Shown: positions 25,451 to 39,732 of the stretch, piece after piece
Layout: every line of letters starts with the position of its first letter
Position numbering within the stretch: the stretch's first letter is position 1
Assembly: GCF_009914755.1 (NCBI RefSeq)
Contig: NC_060940.1
Direction: 5' to 3' (one strand)
DNA length: 64,000 nt
Source of the DNA: the human T2T-CHM13v2.0 reference genome, Homo sapiens
Position numbers and translations under genes: made by a program
Notes under the pieces: generated by a model
What the model was told of the DNA's origin: nothing
The model's database searches: none
The model's input: the letters and a program-made list of their open reading frames with translations, nothing else

Positions 25451-27456
25451 AAGTCGTAGATCAGAAGATGTCGCCCTGGTGTGGTCTTACTAAACCTTCC
25501 CTGTCTCAGCCCGGGGTCTTGTTTATTGCATCTGGGTTACCTGTTTGCCCCTTTCTGTCCAGGTTTGATCTGCAGGAACCTAGCCTTCTGGTCTAACCTT
25601 TCTAGCTTGTCTGCTTATCACCCCAACCTCCCCGCTTTCTGGTTCCAGATGCTAGCCTGTTCTTGCCTTGTATATCTGACTTGCTGAGCTCACTCTTGGT
25701 GCTGCAAAGTGGCCATGCCATGAATCTTCCATAGCCCGATGCAATGTCACCCCAGTGACACGGAAGGATGGCCGTATGGTGAGAGACTGCATTCAGACCA
25801 CTGAGCCTTCTCTTCCCTAATTATATCATGCCAGAAACAGCTAGACCAAGGAGTCAAGCACACAAATATAGTTGGACCAGAAGGACCAGCAGCTCTCAAG
25901 GGGTAAGAGAATAAGGAATCATGTGAGCATTCATGGAGTGAGGAATGCATCCATTATTCAAGCAAGTTGATAGAGATAATTAATTAGGAAATGGTTGTCT
26001 TACTGTCCTATTCACCAAGCTATCCACACCATCTAGCTCAGTCCATACTTTCTTAATGAGGGAGAAAATGAGACTCAAGCCAAGAAGGCAAAGACTTGAT
26101 GTGGATGATATTTTTTCTATTTTTGCTTTCTGGTGATGGTAGACATTATATTACATATTATTAGGTTAAGGTACCGATGGTTTTGTTTTCTGTGTTGATA
26201 AAAATTGTGCGCTTTTTATTCTTTTACAGAACTAATAAAAACATGACACATTAACCTTTGACTTGTCTAGTCTCCTCTTTTATTAAATCTGCTCTAAGCA
26301 GTTGGATGGGGAGTGCCTTTTCGCCTGTCTACCCCTTCCCAAGGACTATTTATATTGAGGCAACCAAATGATCAAGGAAGAATTCATGAATAGCCATGAT
26401 CAAAGTAACCAGACAGGGAGTTAGAGGTTCAATCGTATTTGGGGAAAATGGTCCAATGATGGGGAAAGGGCCCAGGTTTTGACACCTGAAGACATCCCTG
26501 GATTTCAGGAATTTGAGGCAGATCCCTAGAGCTCAGATCTAGGATTCAGAACGAAACGGTGACTGTGAGAGTAAACCATGGTGTCTGACATAAGGGTTTC
26601 CTTGATTACCCTTTAAGGGCCCCTATGAATGTCTCTGGGTCATCAGTCCCTTAGATAACATCATGTGTCTACAGCTGGGATAGCAAGTAGGTTTTATTTT
26701 GTGGGTCAACTCACATGAAGAGGATGCCTAGATGTCTGCGGTGAGCAAGATTCTAGAGCTCATCAGGAAAGTATGCTGTAGTCAATTAGTGATGTCTGCC
26801 ATGTGCACGGGTAGAGAAGTTACGTCATGCATACCACAGACTCACCATCTCAGCTTAATAGACCATGAAGTCAGGATCTGGGGAGCTACCTTAATGTATG
26901 AGGACTGTTTCCAAAATATTTCTGAAAACTATTGATACTAGATCCTACCTGGAGTCTCTACTGGTTCCATAGCATGGAACTGTTTACAATTGCTTTTGAT
27001 CCTTTTTCCAAATGATTGAGTGCTTTGGCATAAACAGGTCAGGTACAGAAAGCACGGCATTTGAGAATTATCCTCTGCAAACATGACTTGCAGGCATAGC
27101 CTGAGCCCACTCAGAGCCCATACCCAAGTTGTGCTTTCTTAAGGCCACAGCCTCCTTCTGAGAGCTGAGGAAGATAAGGGTGGAGGACAAACAACTTGGG
27201 TATTCTTTGAGGAAATATAAATCACATTTAAGTAGTCGCTTGAAAATGAGTAAATTCACCTATTTAATGTGTAGTATTCTTGGAGCTGGGAAATTTAGCC
27301 AAGGTGGGCACCACTTGAGACAGTGTTTGCTGTGGAGCAACATGTGTGTCTGGCCGGTAAACCTGCAATAACTCAGTGCGCAGACATTGCCAGGCAAGGC
27401 CTTTCTGGGAGAAATGATCCAATGAGGGGAAAAAATACTTCAGTTTTGTTGAGAGA

Positions 27457-27818
27457 TGATCTTAATCTGTTTGAGCTGCTATATAAAAAAATACCATAGA
27501 CTAGGTGGCTTAAAAACAATGAATGCTCATTTCACAGTTCTGGAGGCTGGGATGTTCAAGATCAAAGCGCCAACAGATTTAGTGTCTGGTGAGGTCCCGC
27601 TTTCCTCATCCATGGTGCCATCTAGCCGTGTCCTCACTTGGCAGAATGGATGAGGGATCTGGATGGAGCCTCTTTTATAAGGGTACTAATCCCATTCATA
27701 ATGGCTCATCCTCATGACCTAATCACCTCCCAAAGGCCCTGCCTCCTAACACTATCACCTTGGGGGTTAGACATTTAACATATGGATGTTGGGGGGAATA
27801 AATCTTTAGCCTGTAGCA
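27457..27818 (-). mobile_element. MLT1A (MaLR) solo LTR
   Basis: aataccatagactaggtggctta...cacagttctggaggctggga...ctcatgacctaatcacctcccaaaggcc. Confidence 0.9.
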
Positions 27819-27887
27819 AAGATAATGAGATCAGGTGTAGGTGATTAAGTGACATCTGGAGAAAGAATTATTAGCTGCTAAGAAAGA

Positions 27888-27960
27888 TGTGTTTGTGCCT
27901 GTGTGTGTGCAGTTGCACATGTGTGGATGTGTGTGTGTGCATGTGCTCTGTGTGTGTGCT
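27888..27960. repeat. Degenerate (TG)-rich simple repeat
   Basis: Interrupted tgtg runs. Confidence 0.8.
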
Positions 27961-29676
27961 TTGTACACAAGGCAGAGTTTGCAGTCTGTGAGGGGGCCAG
28001 CAGGTGTTCAACCCCGCCTGGCTCAGGCAGCTTTCGCTTCAGTTGGCTTTTATCTCTTCCTATGTGCCCTCAGCCCTGTGTCCCAGGGAGAGGTTTAACC
28101 AAGTCTAGAATGTTCCACTCTGCTTAGATGCCACTTCAGAGGTCTTAAAACAGAACCTTTGTTTTAAGCAGAGACAGTCCTCTTTTTGATACGTGGTTTT
28201 CAGGTGCTCCCTTTAGGAATGGCCGCCACCCACATATCATGGTTCCTCTAGTGGTTAAATCATGATGAATAGGCACAGAGAGCTGATAATTAAGGTAGGA
28301 AAGAGTACCATATTTCTCTTCTGCATTATCCCTAGTGAATTACAATTTTTTCTCCCAACTGCAAGTAGAAATGATAATCACCCTTAGCTCCACTTCCACA
28401 CCCTTCTCAGAAATTTGGGTAATGCATCCTCATCTTAATTATCAAAATACAGGGTTATCATTTGCAGAGAACATGTGTTTTGTGTTTGTGGGGTCTGGAG
28501 AGAGTGATCATACAATTTCTAATTCAAAGCAGAATACCCTTGAAAGTAAATCAGGACTTTCCTGTTGAAACTAGAACAGGAAGTCACCTTAGCAGTGGTA
28601 GATCTTTGAATTCGTCTCCTCCTGGTTCTGCGGAGAGCCATGAGAGACTAGAACACAATCACCAGTTAGGATCAATACACTTATAAATGCAGAGGGTCTT
28701 AGCATCCATTTGGGTGCCAGCTTCCCTTGTGTGATTGGTTACTGGTGTCAACGGAGATTGTATGGGAGAGGAACTAAAGAATGCAGGCTCGGCTTTTCCC
28801 AGAGGCAGCAGTGCGATGCATGGGTCACAGAATATGCCAGAGAACAACGAGGCCAGTCGCTCACTGACTATGGAAGATGAGTCCATTATTTAATCACTCT
28901 GGCCTTCGGCTTTTCAGCTCTAAAAATGAGAATATTCCTTTCCTCAATGATTATTGTTATGATTCCCGGAGATAACGTGCATGAAAGATTTTAGTGCAGG
29001 CCTTTCTTCCTTCCGTTGACAACCCAGAATGTTGCTTGATGCACAGGGGAAATAGAGTGATCAAGAAGAGCCTTTATAAATGAGAGTTGATGTTGAGTAA
29101 TCATTTTGGGTATTATCAATACCCATGGCCATAACACCCCCACCATGTGGAACAACACAGGGAACACGACTTCTTACTCAAGCTACAACAGGAGAATTCT
29201 TCCTTGGATCTCTCTTACACAGACAACATTGTCTGTTTTTCATCAAAATGCTAGAAATGAGAGCTCAACATTTGTAAGCTCTTGCTTCGTTCAATAAAGA
29301 TTGTGTATGGGAAATCCACTGCTTCTCTCCCTTCGTAGATGTAGGAATCTGCCTCAGACATTGTACAAATGGGCAGAGAGGGGAATGGAACTGAGTCTTA
29401 CCCATTACGTTTAGGATTTCAGGGCTGCAGGTCATCTGTTTACCTAAGATGGAGAGGCCAAGTCCTCTCTCATGGTAGCTTTGAAGCTGGTGTCAGGGAA
29501 AGGTCAGTGCCTGTGAACAGTGATGGAAGGTGTGTAAAGGAGGAGGCAGGGTTTAGCACAAGGGGTAACTAAATCTTAACTTCTGGGATACTGGGTGGTG
29601 GTGGGGTTACTATTTCCAATTTATAGCAAGATGTAAGTGATATCAGCTGGAGGACAACTTTACTGGTCTATGTGGG

Positions 29677-30038
29677 TGTATTAGTCGGTTCTCAAGCTGC
29701 TAATAAAGACATACCTGAGGCAGGGTAGTTAATAAAGGCAAGTGGTTTAATGGACTTACAGTTCCACATGGCTGGGGAGGCCTCACAATCATGGCAGAAG
29801 GTGAAGGAGGAGCAAAGTCACATCTTGCATGGTGACAGGCAAGAGAGAGCATGTGCAGGGGAACTCCCATGTATAAAACCATCAGATGTCGTGAGACTTA
29901 TTCACTATCACAAGAACAGCATGGGAAAACCCTGCCCCCGAGATTCAGTTACCTCCCACCCACTTCCTCCCATGACATGTGGGGATTATTACAATTCAAG
30001 ATGAAATGTGGCTGGGGACACAGAGCCAAGCCATATCA
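29677..30038 (-). mobile_element. THE1 (C/D-like) solo LTR
   Basis: tgtattagtc...ccatatca termini, with a perfect 5-bp TSD gtggg on both sides. Confidence 0.95.
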
Positions 30039-32169
30039 GTGGGATAGATATCATTTGGAATATGGTTGCCTTCCATTCTGATCTCATTCTATCAAAGTTG
30101 GTAGATCCTAACATGGTGACCCAGCGAGAGTCTCTTTTCAAACTGGCTGTCCTCGGGGGTAGGAGCAGAGCCAGGGCAAACCGTCAGGGATGCTAAGTAA
30201 GGAGCTTCAAGGGGATCCAAGGCACCTCCTTGGACTCAGACATGCTTGGGACCGCGTTCGTAGGACAACTTTTACTGTCCATTGCCACAATGAAACATGG
30301 CAGTGACAGATGTAGGCCCTCAGTGATCACAGATCTATATGGCAGCAATGGTTCAAGTGCAGAAATGACAACAGTGTTTGTGATTTTACCTTTTTGTGAA
30401 GCTGGGTTACTGGGGTTTCTGTCCTGGAATCTCTAAACAAGTAACCACAGGGTAGTTGCTTGGCTCTTGCCTCAAGTGAACCAGCCAAGAGATCTCGTCC
30501 AACACTGGTATAGCCTGGCAGCAACTGCTACTTCCAGGCTGTGTCTCGAATGCCCTGCTGGGCTCCATGTGTATCTGGGAACATGGTTTCTGATCTACAA
30601 ATCTAAGCCCCTAAATACACAAAAGCGCTAAGGCAAACCATATGCCTTAGGCTCACTTTTAAACCTCTCTGAGCTTCAGCTTCCTCAGCTGTAAAAAGAA
30701 GCCATGATCACAGGCATGTTTATGCACTAAATCAAATAATGAAGCTCACAAGTTCAGCCCTGGTCATCACCATTCAAGACTCTGAAGTCTATCAAAGCAG
30801 AATTCATGTTCTCTGGTTGCATTTTCCATCAATGGAGACTCAGAAATATTTATTGAATAAAACATCAACTATGACAACATATTTTACAGTGTAATAGTGA
30901 AAACATCATTCATCTGATGACATGCTTCTTTTGAACCATTTTGGGATGGTTCTGATATTGTTTGTAACAAGAAATAAAGATCCGAGGATGATCAAGTGAG
31001 CATTCAATTATTCTTACCTTCATTTAAAAAATATATTTTCAATATTAAGGAATTTGTTGTTATTGTTATTTACAAAGCAATAAAATAAGGTAAGAAAAAT
31101 GGAGAGGCCTGGGTTGGTGATTTGGTCACCAGGCAGATTGAGAATGGAAAGAAAAGGGAACAGGGTAACCATGTGACCAATTTGCTTCTTGGAAAAGGGA
31201 CCAAATAGGACCCAGAGAGGGGCTTGGTCAGGCTTCCTGGTCACTGCCAGTGCTGAGACATTAAAGATCCAGGCCCCACGGAGAACCAGGGCACCTGGAC
31301 TTTGATCTTGCCATAATGGTATGCCTCCATTTAAGAACTAGGTCAGCTGTCTTTCACACCAGCTGTGTTCTTCATGCTTAGGGCAATAACATGTATAAAG
31401 TAATGGGTATTTTTCTAGTAGGGTTAACACACTTACTCAGGTTTATTCTTCTAACTTGCCTGCATCCAAACATTTTTTTTTTTTTTTTCAAGATAAAACC
31501 AGCCTGTCAAACTGTGCAGTTGACATTACTTGGTAGGATGCAGAAAATATCTGAATTAGAAATGGGCCCATACAGGTTCCAGTGGGAATGGCTTTCTCAG
31601 CAGGTATGAATCACTGCTATTAAAAATGTATTCCGTAGGTAAGTTGTTAGTTATCATATTCATCCACTCTTACAGAAAGCCAATGTTATCATTTGGGTCC
31701 ATTATTAAGACTATCATTATCATAGTCAGTTTAGTAACCTCCTTTTACATAACATTGGATTTTTTGTGGGTTTTCAAGTCTCTTCCAAACTGAATCTCAC
31801 AATCTAGGTTTATTTTTGAGGCCACCTTGCCTGAAGGCTCGAGGATGACAGGAGTGACTTCCGTCACTGCCATATTTCTTCTACACTTGAAGATTGTTTT
31901 CTGGGATGTTGCTGCAAATGGCAAATGTGTTTGATGCCCTAATGTTTAACATAAATCAGGATCATGGATGTGCATAGCCCCCTCCCGTTTCTGTAAAGTA
32001 CTGTAAAGGGACTCCTGTCCTCAGAGTGCCAGGCCTCACATTTACATTCTGGACAAACTGGGCTGTCTGCTTGAAAGGGCAGATACCACAGGTTGGAGCA
32101 AACATAGCTTCTGAAGAAGATGTAATGCATTTCTGTCCCAGTAAGTTGTGCCTGATTAAGATCTTCTCA

Positions 32170-32504
<335 letters not shown>

Positions 32505-33367
32505 TCATGACCCCGGGTGGGTGGCTGGGGTGGGGTTGGTGGAGGGAAATAAATATGAAGAGGAATGGTGAGACAACCAGTGGGCATATACTGTGTAGAC
32601 TACCAGAAAGCTTTGGAAATGTGTCAACCCTAAAGCATTGCTATTTTTAAATATTTAGTTGTATTTTAATATTTAGCTATAAATGAAGAACTTGGCTTGG
32701 ACACAAAAATAACAAAAAATTAATATCTAAGAGTCATGTTCTCTGTGGAATAATCTTAGGGCTGGTCTGTCTTTACACATTTATTGATGATCCAGAAGAA
32801 GAAGCACACAAGTTTGTAGATTAGCCTAAGCTATTCTGGATAGAAAATACACAGGGCCCTAGCACAGCCTCGTGGGCAGAAGAGTTCATCTCGTGAGAAT
32901 GAGCAAAGAGACACTTAAGAAAAAAATCTGATGCCCAAAGCCTTTCATATAGGTGACCATTGTACACACAGTAATGAAGCAGAACTACTGTGCTCTGGAA
33001 GCCACTATGCCCACCGTTGTTCATGAATAAAAGAAACATGGTAGATATCCTTATGCATGTGTGCACATGCAGCACACCTGGCCTGGCACAACCTGCTCAC
33101 ACCTCTGGGAGTCACCTGGGTGTTGGCTGATGCAGCCTGGCCTCGGCTGAGCTGACTGTCAACCCCGCAACTGCCTGTCCCATCATGGACCAGAAGCAGA
33201 GCCAGGGATGAGGATGAACGCTCTAGTTGCCTGTGGCAGATAAAGAATCAGTCATCTAGCTGGGAAGGTAAAGGTTGAGAGGAAAGCCAGCCAATGTCTA
33301 TAAAGACACATAGGAAATGGGAGAATAGAGCCAGTGAGGGACATGCAGAGAAACACCTAGATTTTGG

Positions 33368-33500
33368 ATTCATTTACACATTCAGCAAATATTTATTGGG
33401 CATCTATGGTGTACCAGGCGCTGCACTGGACTCAGAGATATAACAATCAGCCAAATGAACAAGTCTGGACCTTCAGGGACCCTCGTGGAGGTGTTACCTA
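33368..33500 (-). mobile_element. L2 3' fragment
   Basis: cattcagcaaatatttattgggcatctatggtgtaccaggcgctg. Confidence 0.8.
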
Positions 33501-33544
33501 CAAGTGAGGAAAGGAAGACCAAAGTGTTTGTTAGTTAGTTACTA

Positions 33545-33950
33545 TGCATCAGGTACTGTGCACCTCAGAGGCCACCTGCAGTCAGTCTCCCTATATGCCA
33601 ATGGCTGCCAGCATCTTCCTGCTTTGGGGAATTCTCAGCAGCCAGTAGCAGCTTGCATAGCCTGAGCATGTGGCAGGTGGGACTTGATGCAAAATCCATA
33701 CCCAGGAAAAATCTTCAAGCTATAGGGGTGAAAGTTCGTGAATGGGTGTCCCAGCCTCCCTGCCCTTTGGTGGGACAATTCTGAGGCCTGTGCCATTAAC
33801 TTCGGCAGTACCTTACTCATTAATGCACCCTTTACTGACATTTTCTCCTTCTCTGTCTCACTTACTACTTGGGGAGATTGTCTTCCAAATAAACTACCTG
33901 TATCCAGGTCCTTCTTATAGATCCACTCTGGGGAAAGGCAAGCAAAGAAA
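33545..33950 (+). mobile_element. LTR16A-like solo LTR
   Basis: cccagcctccctgccctttggtgggacaattctgagg...ttccaaataaactacctgtatcca. Confidence 0.78.
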
Positions 33951-34108
33951 ATACATTATAAGCCTGTTGTACTATTAGGGATGGTGACTTCCAGAAGCTG
34001 ACTGTGATAACCTTTCCTCGGGCTTCAGAAGAGGCTAATGGAGAGTTGAAGGGAGAAATCAGGAAAGATGGTCTGCCCTCAATATTCTGACATGGGTTAA
34101 TAAGGAGG

Positions 34109-34293
34109 CACTGGTTCTTAAATTGGGATCTCGATGATGCTGGACTAGCAGCAGCAATATCACCTGAGAACTTGCTGGAAATGCAAACCCTCAGGCTTTA
34201 CCGAGACCTCATGAATCAGAAAAGCTGCCAGCAACCTGTATTTTCACAAGGCATTCAGGAGATTCTGATATATGCTGACAGTTAGGAAACACT
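34109..34293. mobile_element. MER5A MITE
   Basis: ggactagcagcagcaatatcacctgagaacttgctggaaatgcaa...gaatcagaaa...gattctgat. Confidence 0.85.
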
Positions 34294-34591
34294 CATGTAA
34301 AGCATGTCTATCTTCCCTTCAATTATGTTTTTCATAATCTGCAAATAGTTCTGTCACTTTTAGGGGATATGGCTGGACAATGAATTATCTGTGGCTTCAT
34401 TAGAAAAGTACATGAATTATATTGTGGACAGCAGAGTTATACTGAAGTGCTGAAGGGAAGTCAAATGCTTAGGAGTGTAAGCTGCAGGAAGAAATAGGCA
34501 GAGAAGCTGGGATAGTTTACCCAGCATGGTAACTTCTATGTTATTAGGCTCAAATGTTCACACTCTGCCTTTGAAATAAGTCATTAGAAAC

Positions 34592-34955
34592 TATATTAGT
34601 CTGTTCTCATCCTGCTTAGTAAAGACATACCCGAGGCTGGGAAATTTATAAAGGAAAGAGGATTAATTGACTCACAGTTCTGTATGGTAGCGGAGGCTTC
34701 ACAGTCATGGTGGAAGGCGAAAGAGGAGCAAAGTCATGTTTTGCATGGCTGCAGGCAAGAGAGCATGTGTAGGGAAACTCTCCTTTATAAAACCATCAGA
34801 TCTCATGAGATGTATTCACTACCATGAGAATGACATGGGAAAGAGCCACCCCCATGATTAATTTACCTCTCTCTTGTTCCTTCCATGACATGTGAGAATT
34901 ATGGGAGCTACAATTCAAGATGAGATTTGAATGGGAGCCCAGCCAGACCACATCA
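34592..34955 (-). mobile_element. THE1 (C/D-like) solo LTR
   Basis: THE1 body (aaaccatcagatctcatgaga, gggagctacaattcaagatgagattt) and a perfect TSD gaaac. Confidence 0.95.
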
Positions 34956-35142
34956 GAAACCTTCTGAGAGGATGCCTTGAATAGGTGATATGGCAGTGTG
35001 GTCCTTAGCAATCAGAGGAGAGAGAACGTGGGTTCTCTGTGAATGAAATTTATATTCCTAGTTTCCGTGGAGCTGTGTGCATGAAAAACCTAGGTTCTCA
35101 GTAGCTGGGAGGAGACCTGCACAGGCATTGGTTTTTAGTATA

Positions 35143-35645
35143 TGTGGTAGGCAGCTTCTAAGTGACCCCGGTGATCCTCACTTCCTGGTCTTCACGGCCT
35201 CAGGTAATCCTCTTCCCTTGAGGAACTGGCTTCTAGCCAATAGAGTACCTCAACATTGAGGGAGGTGTCTTCTGTGATCGTTTTACAAAAGATTTTGCCT
35301 TCCACCTTGTTAGATTCTCTCTCTTGCTGGCTTTGATAAAGCAAGTTGTCATTGTTGAGGAGGGCCATGTAGCAAGGAGCTGGGGGTGGCCTCCTACCAA
35401 GACCTCACCAGAAACTAGGAGTCTCAGTATAATAGCCTCAAAGGAAATGAATCTGCCAATTATCATGCCATGGACTTTGAGATGAGACCCCAGACCTGGA
35501 TGATCCTTTGAAGCCTTTTGAAGCACCTTGAAGCAGAGAAGATAGCTAAGGCATGCCCTGTTTCCTGACCCAGTTAACCCATGGTTGAATAAGTACCGCT
35601 TTATTTTAAGCTTCTTAGTTTGTGGCAAGATAACTAACACATACA
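35143..35645 (+). mobile_element. MLT1F-like solo LTR
   Basis: tgtggtaggcagcttctaag...gatcctcacttcctggt...gatagctaag...gataactaaca. Confidence 0.85.
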
Positions 35646-36249
35646 TGAAAGTCTAGGCTTGGGTATCATCAAAGGACCTGCTAGCAGAATTCTTGTACGT
35701 GAAAACACAGTTGTGCAGGACATATCTGTGCACCTCTTTTGCTGAAAGCAACATCCTCAGGAAGACCACTTCCCAGCTTGCGACCTAAACATTTAGGTCT
35801 AAACACTTGAGCTCTAAACATTTAGTTACTCGCTCTCCCCTGTATTAATGTATGCTGCATAAAGGACCCCCATTTTCCTACATTAAACCCTGTATAAGAA
35901 CCTCCAAGTAGACACTTATGCAAACATGCCAAGATGCAGGACCACATCCAAATGATAAGTTGCTGTCAGTGAATCATTAATGAGCACTGCTGTGCACCCT
36001 GCCACATGTTAAAAGGTAAAATTACATTCTGATGTTTATTTGAGCTATTGCCTATTGCCACTTGAGGCATATTTCATGGAATGATAGGAGTAGAGCAAGG
36101 TATTTATTTTGCATTATTGACCCAAGGTGCCATCAGAGTCATGAGGTCCCCATTAAAATTCCAGTGAACTCTTAGATTCTGCCATTCCTAGAAAATCTTA
36201 TAACATTCTTGGTTCAAACTTCTCATCTGTGATTTAATGGGATACACTA

Positions 36250-36440
36250 AGGTACAGTGAAGGCCTGGATTAAAATGATGTCATTTATTTGCTGCGTACA
36301 TGGTCCTGGGCAAGTAATTGAAACAAACTCTGAACTTCAATGTCCACATCTGGATTAAAATAAAAATAAAACATATACTTAAACACTATGATCATAAAAA
36401 ATTCAGTGCCTGGCACTTAGTAGGTACTCAATAATTCTGT
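36250..36440 (+). mobile_element. MIR
   Basis: cctgggcaagtaatt...cagtgcctggcacttagtaggtactcaataa. Confidence 0.72.
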
Positions 36441-37039
36441 CTCCCCAGTTAATTTATTCACTTGCATATAGAGCTATTTATGCAGAAAAGTTTATGTGAC
36501 AACTACCAGATATGGATACTTTTATAGAAGAGTATCCATAGGAAATGGCTCAGCCTTCTGTCCTGCAATAAAAAGTAATGTTTGACTCCAAGTACATGAG
36601 ATTGAACAGAGTTATTTGAGCTACTTTTGATAAAATGTGACAGGCAGACTTTGGTATTTCACCACCCCAACATTTTTTTATGGACTGCTCACTATCACTG
36701 CAACATTCAGCACTTTTTTCTGTGTCAATGTGATAGACAATATTCATATTCTTCTTGGGTAATTGCCTTTTTAGCTGAATCAATGGCTTGCAGGCATGAG
36801 AAGGAGGCTGTTTTATCTCAACTTTATTTATCTTATGATTATAGTAAGACTATAAAACTGAATATCCCCTCCTTCCCTTCCTCCCAGGCCCATTCCCAAT
36901 CATCTTCTAAAACCTCTGTTAATACTCAGCTTTTTTGGTGAATTTTCCCACTGCCATGCTTCATGTTACCAAAATATTTCCCTTTTCTGACAACATTCCA
37001 AATATAAATAAGGACCTACTGAATGAATGAACCACCAGT

Positions 37040-37570
37040 ATGATTCACCCAATCACTCATTCAAAAAATATTCTTTGAGGATTTACTGTGGGCAGACCCT
37101 GGAGATATAAGAGGGAGGGAGGAGGATGACTATGCCTACTTGTAAAGTGGACAGCTGTGGTCTCTTCTAGAAAGGAGGAGTGCCTATAAAGGAGGCGCCT
37201 TGGGTATTCTTACTGAGCATAACAGATGGAACTGAGGAGTCAAGGAGGGAAGCCTTCTCTGATTATATGACCATGGAGCTAAGATTTGAAGGAAAACACA
37301 TAATGGTGCATGTGTGTGGGGAGGGTGGAGACAGGAGGCAGTGGAGGAGCTAAGTATCCCAAGGTGGAGGAGGCAGCGTGGGCAAAGTCCTGTCGGCCGG
37401 AGGAAGGGCATGTTCTTGGTACCAGAAGCAGCTCAGTGGAAAGGATCCTGAAGCGGAGGCTGGTGGGCCGAGTCCAGACCCTGGGGGCCTTGTCAACCTA
37501 GCTGCTTTGTGCCTGGGGCAATGAGGAGGCTGTGAAGCATCAACAGGGAGATACAGTATTTAGAGTATCT
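37040..37570 (-). mobile_element. L2 fragment
   Basis: cactcattcaaaaaatattctttgagg...gagctaagatttgaagga...ggcagcgtgggcaaagtcc. Confidence 0.7.
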
Positions 37571-38399
37571 CAAAGTCTCCCTCTGTGTGGTGTTTGGATC
37601 TTTCTGAATCCTCAGATGTAATATAAATTATTTGAAAGCAAATACCAATTTGCTTCTAATTCTGGATCTCTTACTCAGGACTTGGTTGCCCAGAGGAGGT
37701 TTAATAAATTCTTTTTAACTCTACTTCCCACCAATTTTTCTCCCTTCGATCTGTTCCTATATCTCTACCATTCATGGCAGGGTTAGCACGTGGCTCCAAT
37801 GGTGAGCAGGAAGGACTTCACCTCTTGTCTGTCCCTTAGCTTTGGTGTGTGCTGCTCCTAACGTAGCTTTGGAGTTGGAGTTAAGAACCATCTCATGGCA
37901 TTGTTGGGTTAGGTATTCTCTGGGTCCACTCAAGCTTCCTATCAGTCTTTTAGGGACAGAAAGCTACTGTGCTGACCTCAGTCAAAGCCCCTATCTGAAT
38001 TCTTGAAAGAGACATGATTGTTAGGTCACTAATTGATTCTCCATAGTGTTAGAACAGCAGGAGATTTGAACACAAGGGCATGGTGCTATACCATGCAGCC
38101 TGGTAGAGTTGAGCTGAATAACTTTTAGGTTTGTAAGACAGCACATTTAATTTTTAACAGATTATGTACAAGATATTGAGTGACATTAAACACAGAGTTA
38201 AATCAACCATAACCCATTTAAAGCAGCCTTGCAGATAAATGTCTCAAATCTACTAGCCTGCCAAATGTATTCCTTATCTACACACATTTATCAATTTTTC
38301 CACAACACTAAGCCTTTCTAATGTTTCTCTGACAGTTACTTTCTCTCCCAAGCCTGAAATTCGGGTGACATCTACTTTCTGTAAACTAGATGTGCTTGA

Positions 38400-38535
38400 C
38401 CAGGGAAAGCCCCTAGATTTGTGTTAATCTTTTGGGGCCACTGACCCTTCTGGGACTCTGATGAAATCTTTAGTTTGCTGTCTAAGTAAAAAAAGAGGTG
38501 ATATAAACATACACAGATTTCTTTTTGCATAATTC
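38400..38535. mobile_element. hAT-Charlie MITE fragment
   Basis: ggggccactgacccttctgggactctgatgaaa...ttttgcataatt. Confidence 0.5.
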
Positions 38536-39029
38536 TATTGTGTTGCTTTTGAAATTGATTTTATTCACGTTATATATTATTCAAATACATCTTTACTAAA
38601 AAGTGTCACTCACTCTATATATTTTATATATAAATGAAAGATTACTTTCTAACAAAAATTAGAAAAAACACAGTCAATGTAAGTTAATCAGAAAGTAAAC
38701 CTTAATTGTATTCAAAAGTAAAACTCAATGGGAACACCGTTGTTTTGTAAGAGTAAGAAATTTTGGTAGTCACAAGGTCTTTGACATGGCAACATGAATG
38801 ACAGCTTTGCAGTTAAGTTCTGCACCTTTGGTTTTGATGGCAGCAAATATGTAAAAAAAAGTCATTGATTCAGGTGATAGAAACAAAATCAGAATGCCCA
38901 TAGCTCATGTTGCAACGAAGGCTGTAACAGGAAAGCAGGCCCTACATGACTCTTATCATTTCATTTATGTCCCATGATTTCTTCAACTCAGTTAGGTCAA
39001 CTGTGGTGGTTTCAGTGGGATGCTATCTA

Positions 39030-39538
39030 TGTATGTTAATTATCTATTGTTGCATTAGAAATTTTCCCCAAATTTAGTGGCTTACAAGCAAGTATTATTA
39101 CAGAAACATTGCAATGAGGTACTTGTAGTTCAGAGTCTTTCACGATACTGTTGTCAAGATGTTGGTTGAAATAGGAGTCATCTGCAGGCTTGACTGGGGC
39201 TGGAAGATCTGCTTTCAAAGTGGCACCCTCACATGGCTGGTGGTAATAGGCCTCAGTTCCTTACCACAATAGGCTCTGCATAGGACTCTTAAGGTATTTA
39301 CACAAAATGGCAAGTGGCTTTCTCCTGTGTGAAATATCCCAGAGAGAAAACCAAGGAAGGAACCAGAACACCAGTTATGTCCCAATTTTGGATGTCATAT
39401 ATTGTTACTTTTACCATGCTATATCTATTAGAAATGCATACTGAGTCCAGGTCCACACTCAGAGGGAAGGGAATTAAACTCTATGTCCTGAAGGGAGAAA
39501 GATCAAATAATTTGTGGATATATTTCAAAACCACCACA
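39030..39538 (-). mobile_element. MLT1F/G-like solo LTR
   Basis: tatctattgttgc...cccaaatttagtggctta...gcttgactggggctggaagatctgctttcaa...aaaccaccaca. Confidence 0.85.
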
Positions 39539-39732
39539 CTATGTCATCAAAGAAGGCGTTGTATATTCATGATTCAGTTTTAAGGTGGTTTGGGTAAAGT
39601 TAATAGCACAGTTGATCCATATTCCCAGGTACTGGTGATTTCCATCTGAAGAGAACAAGATGAGGCTTTGTCACTCTCACCCCAGACTATCCTCCAACAT
39701 CCTTTAATCACCTTTAAGGGGGCCAAGGCATT

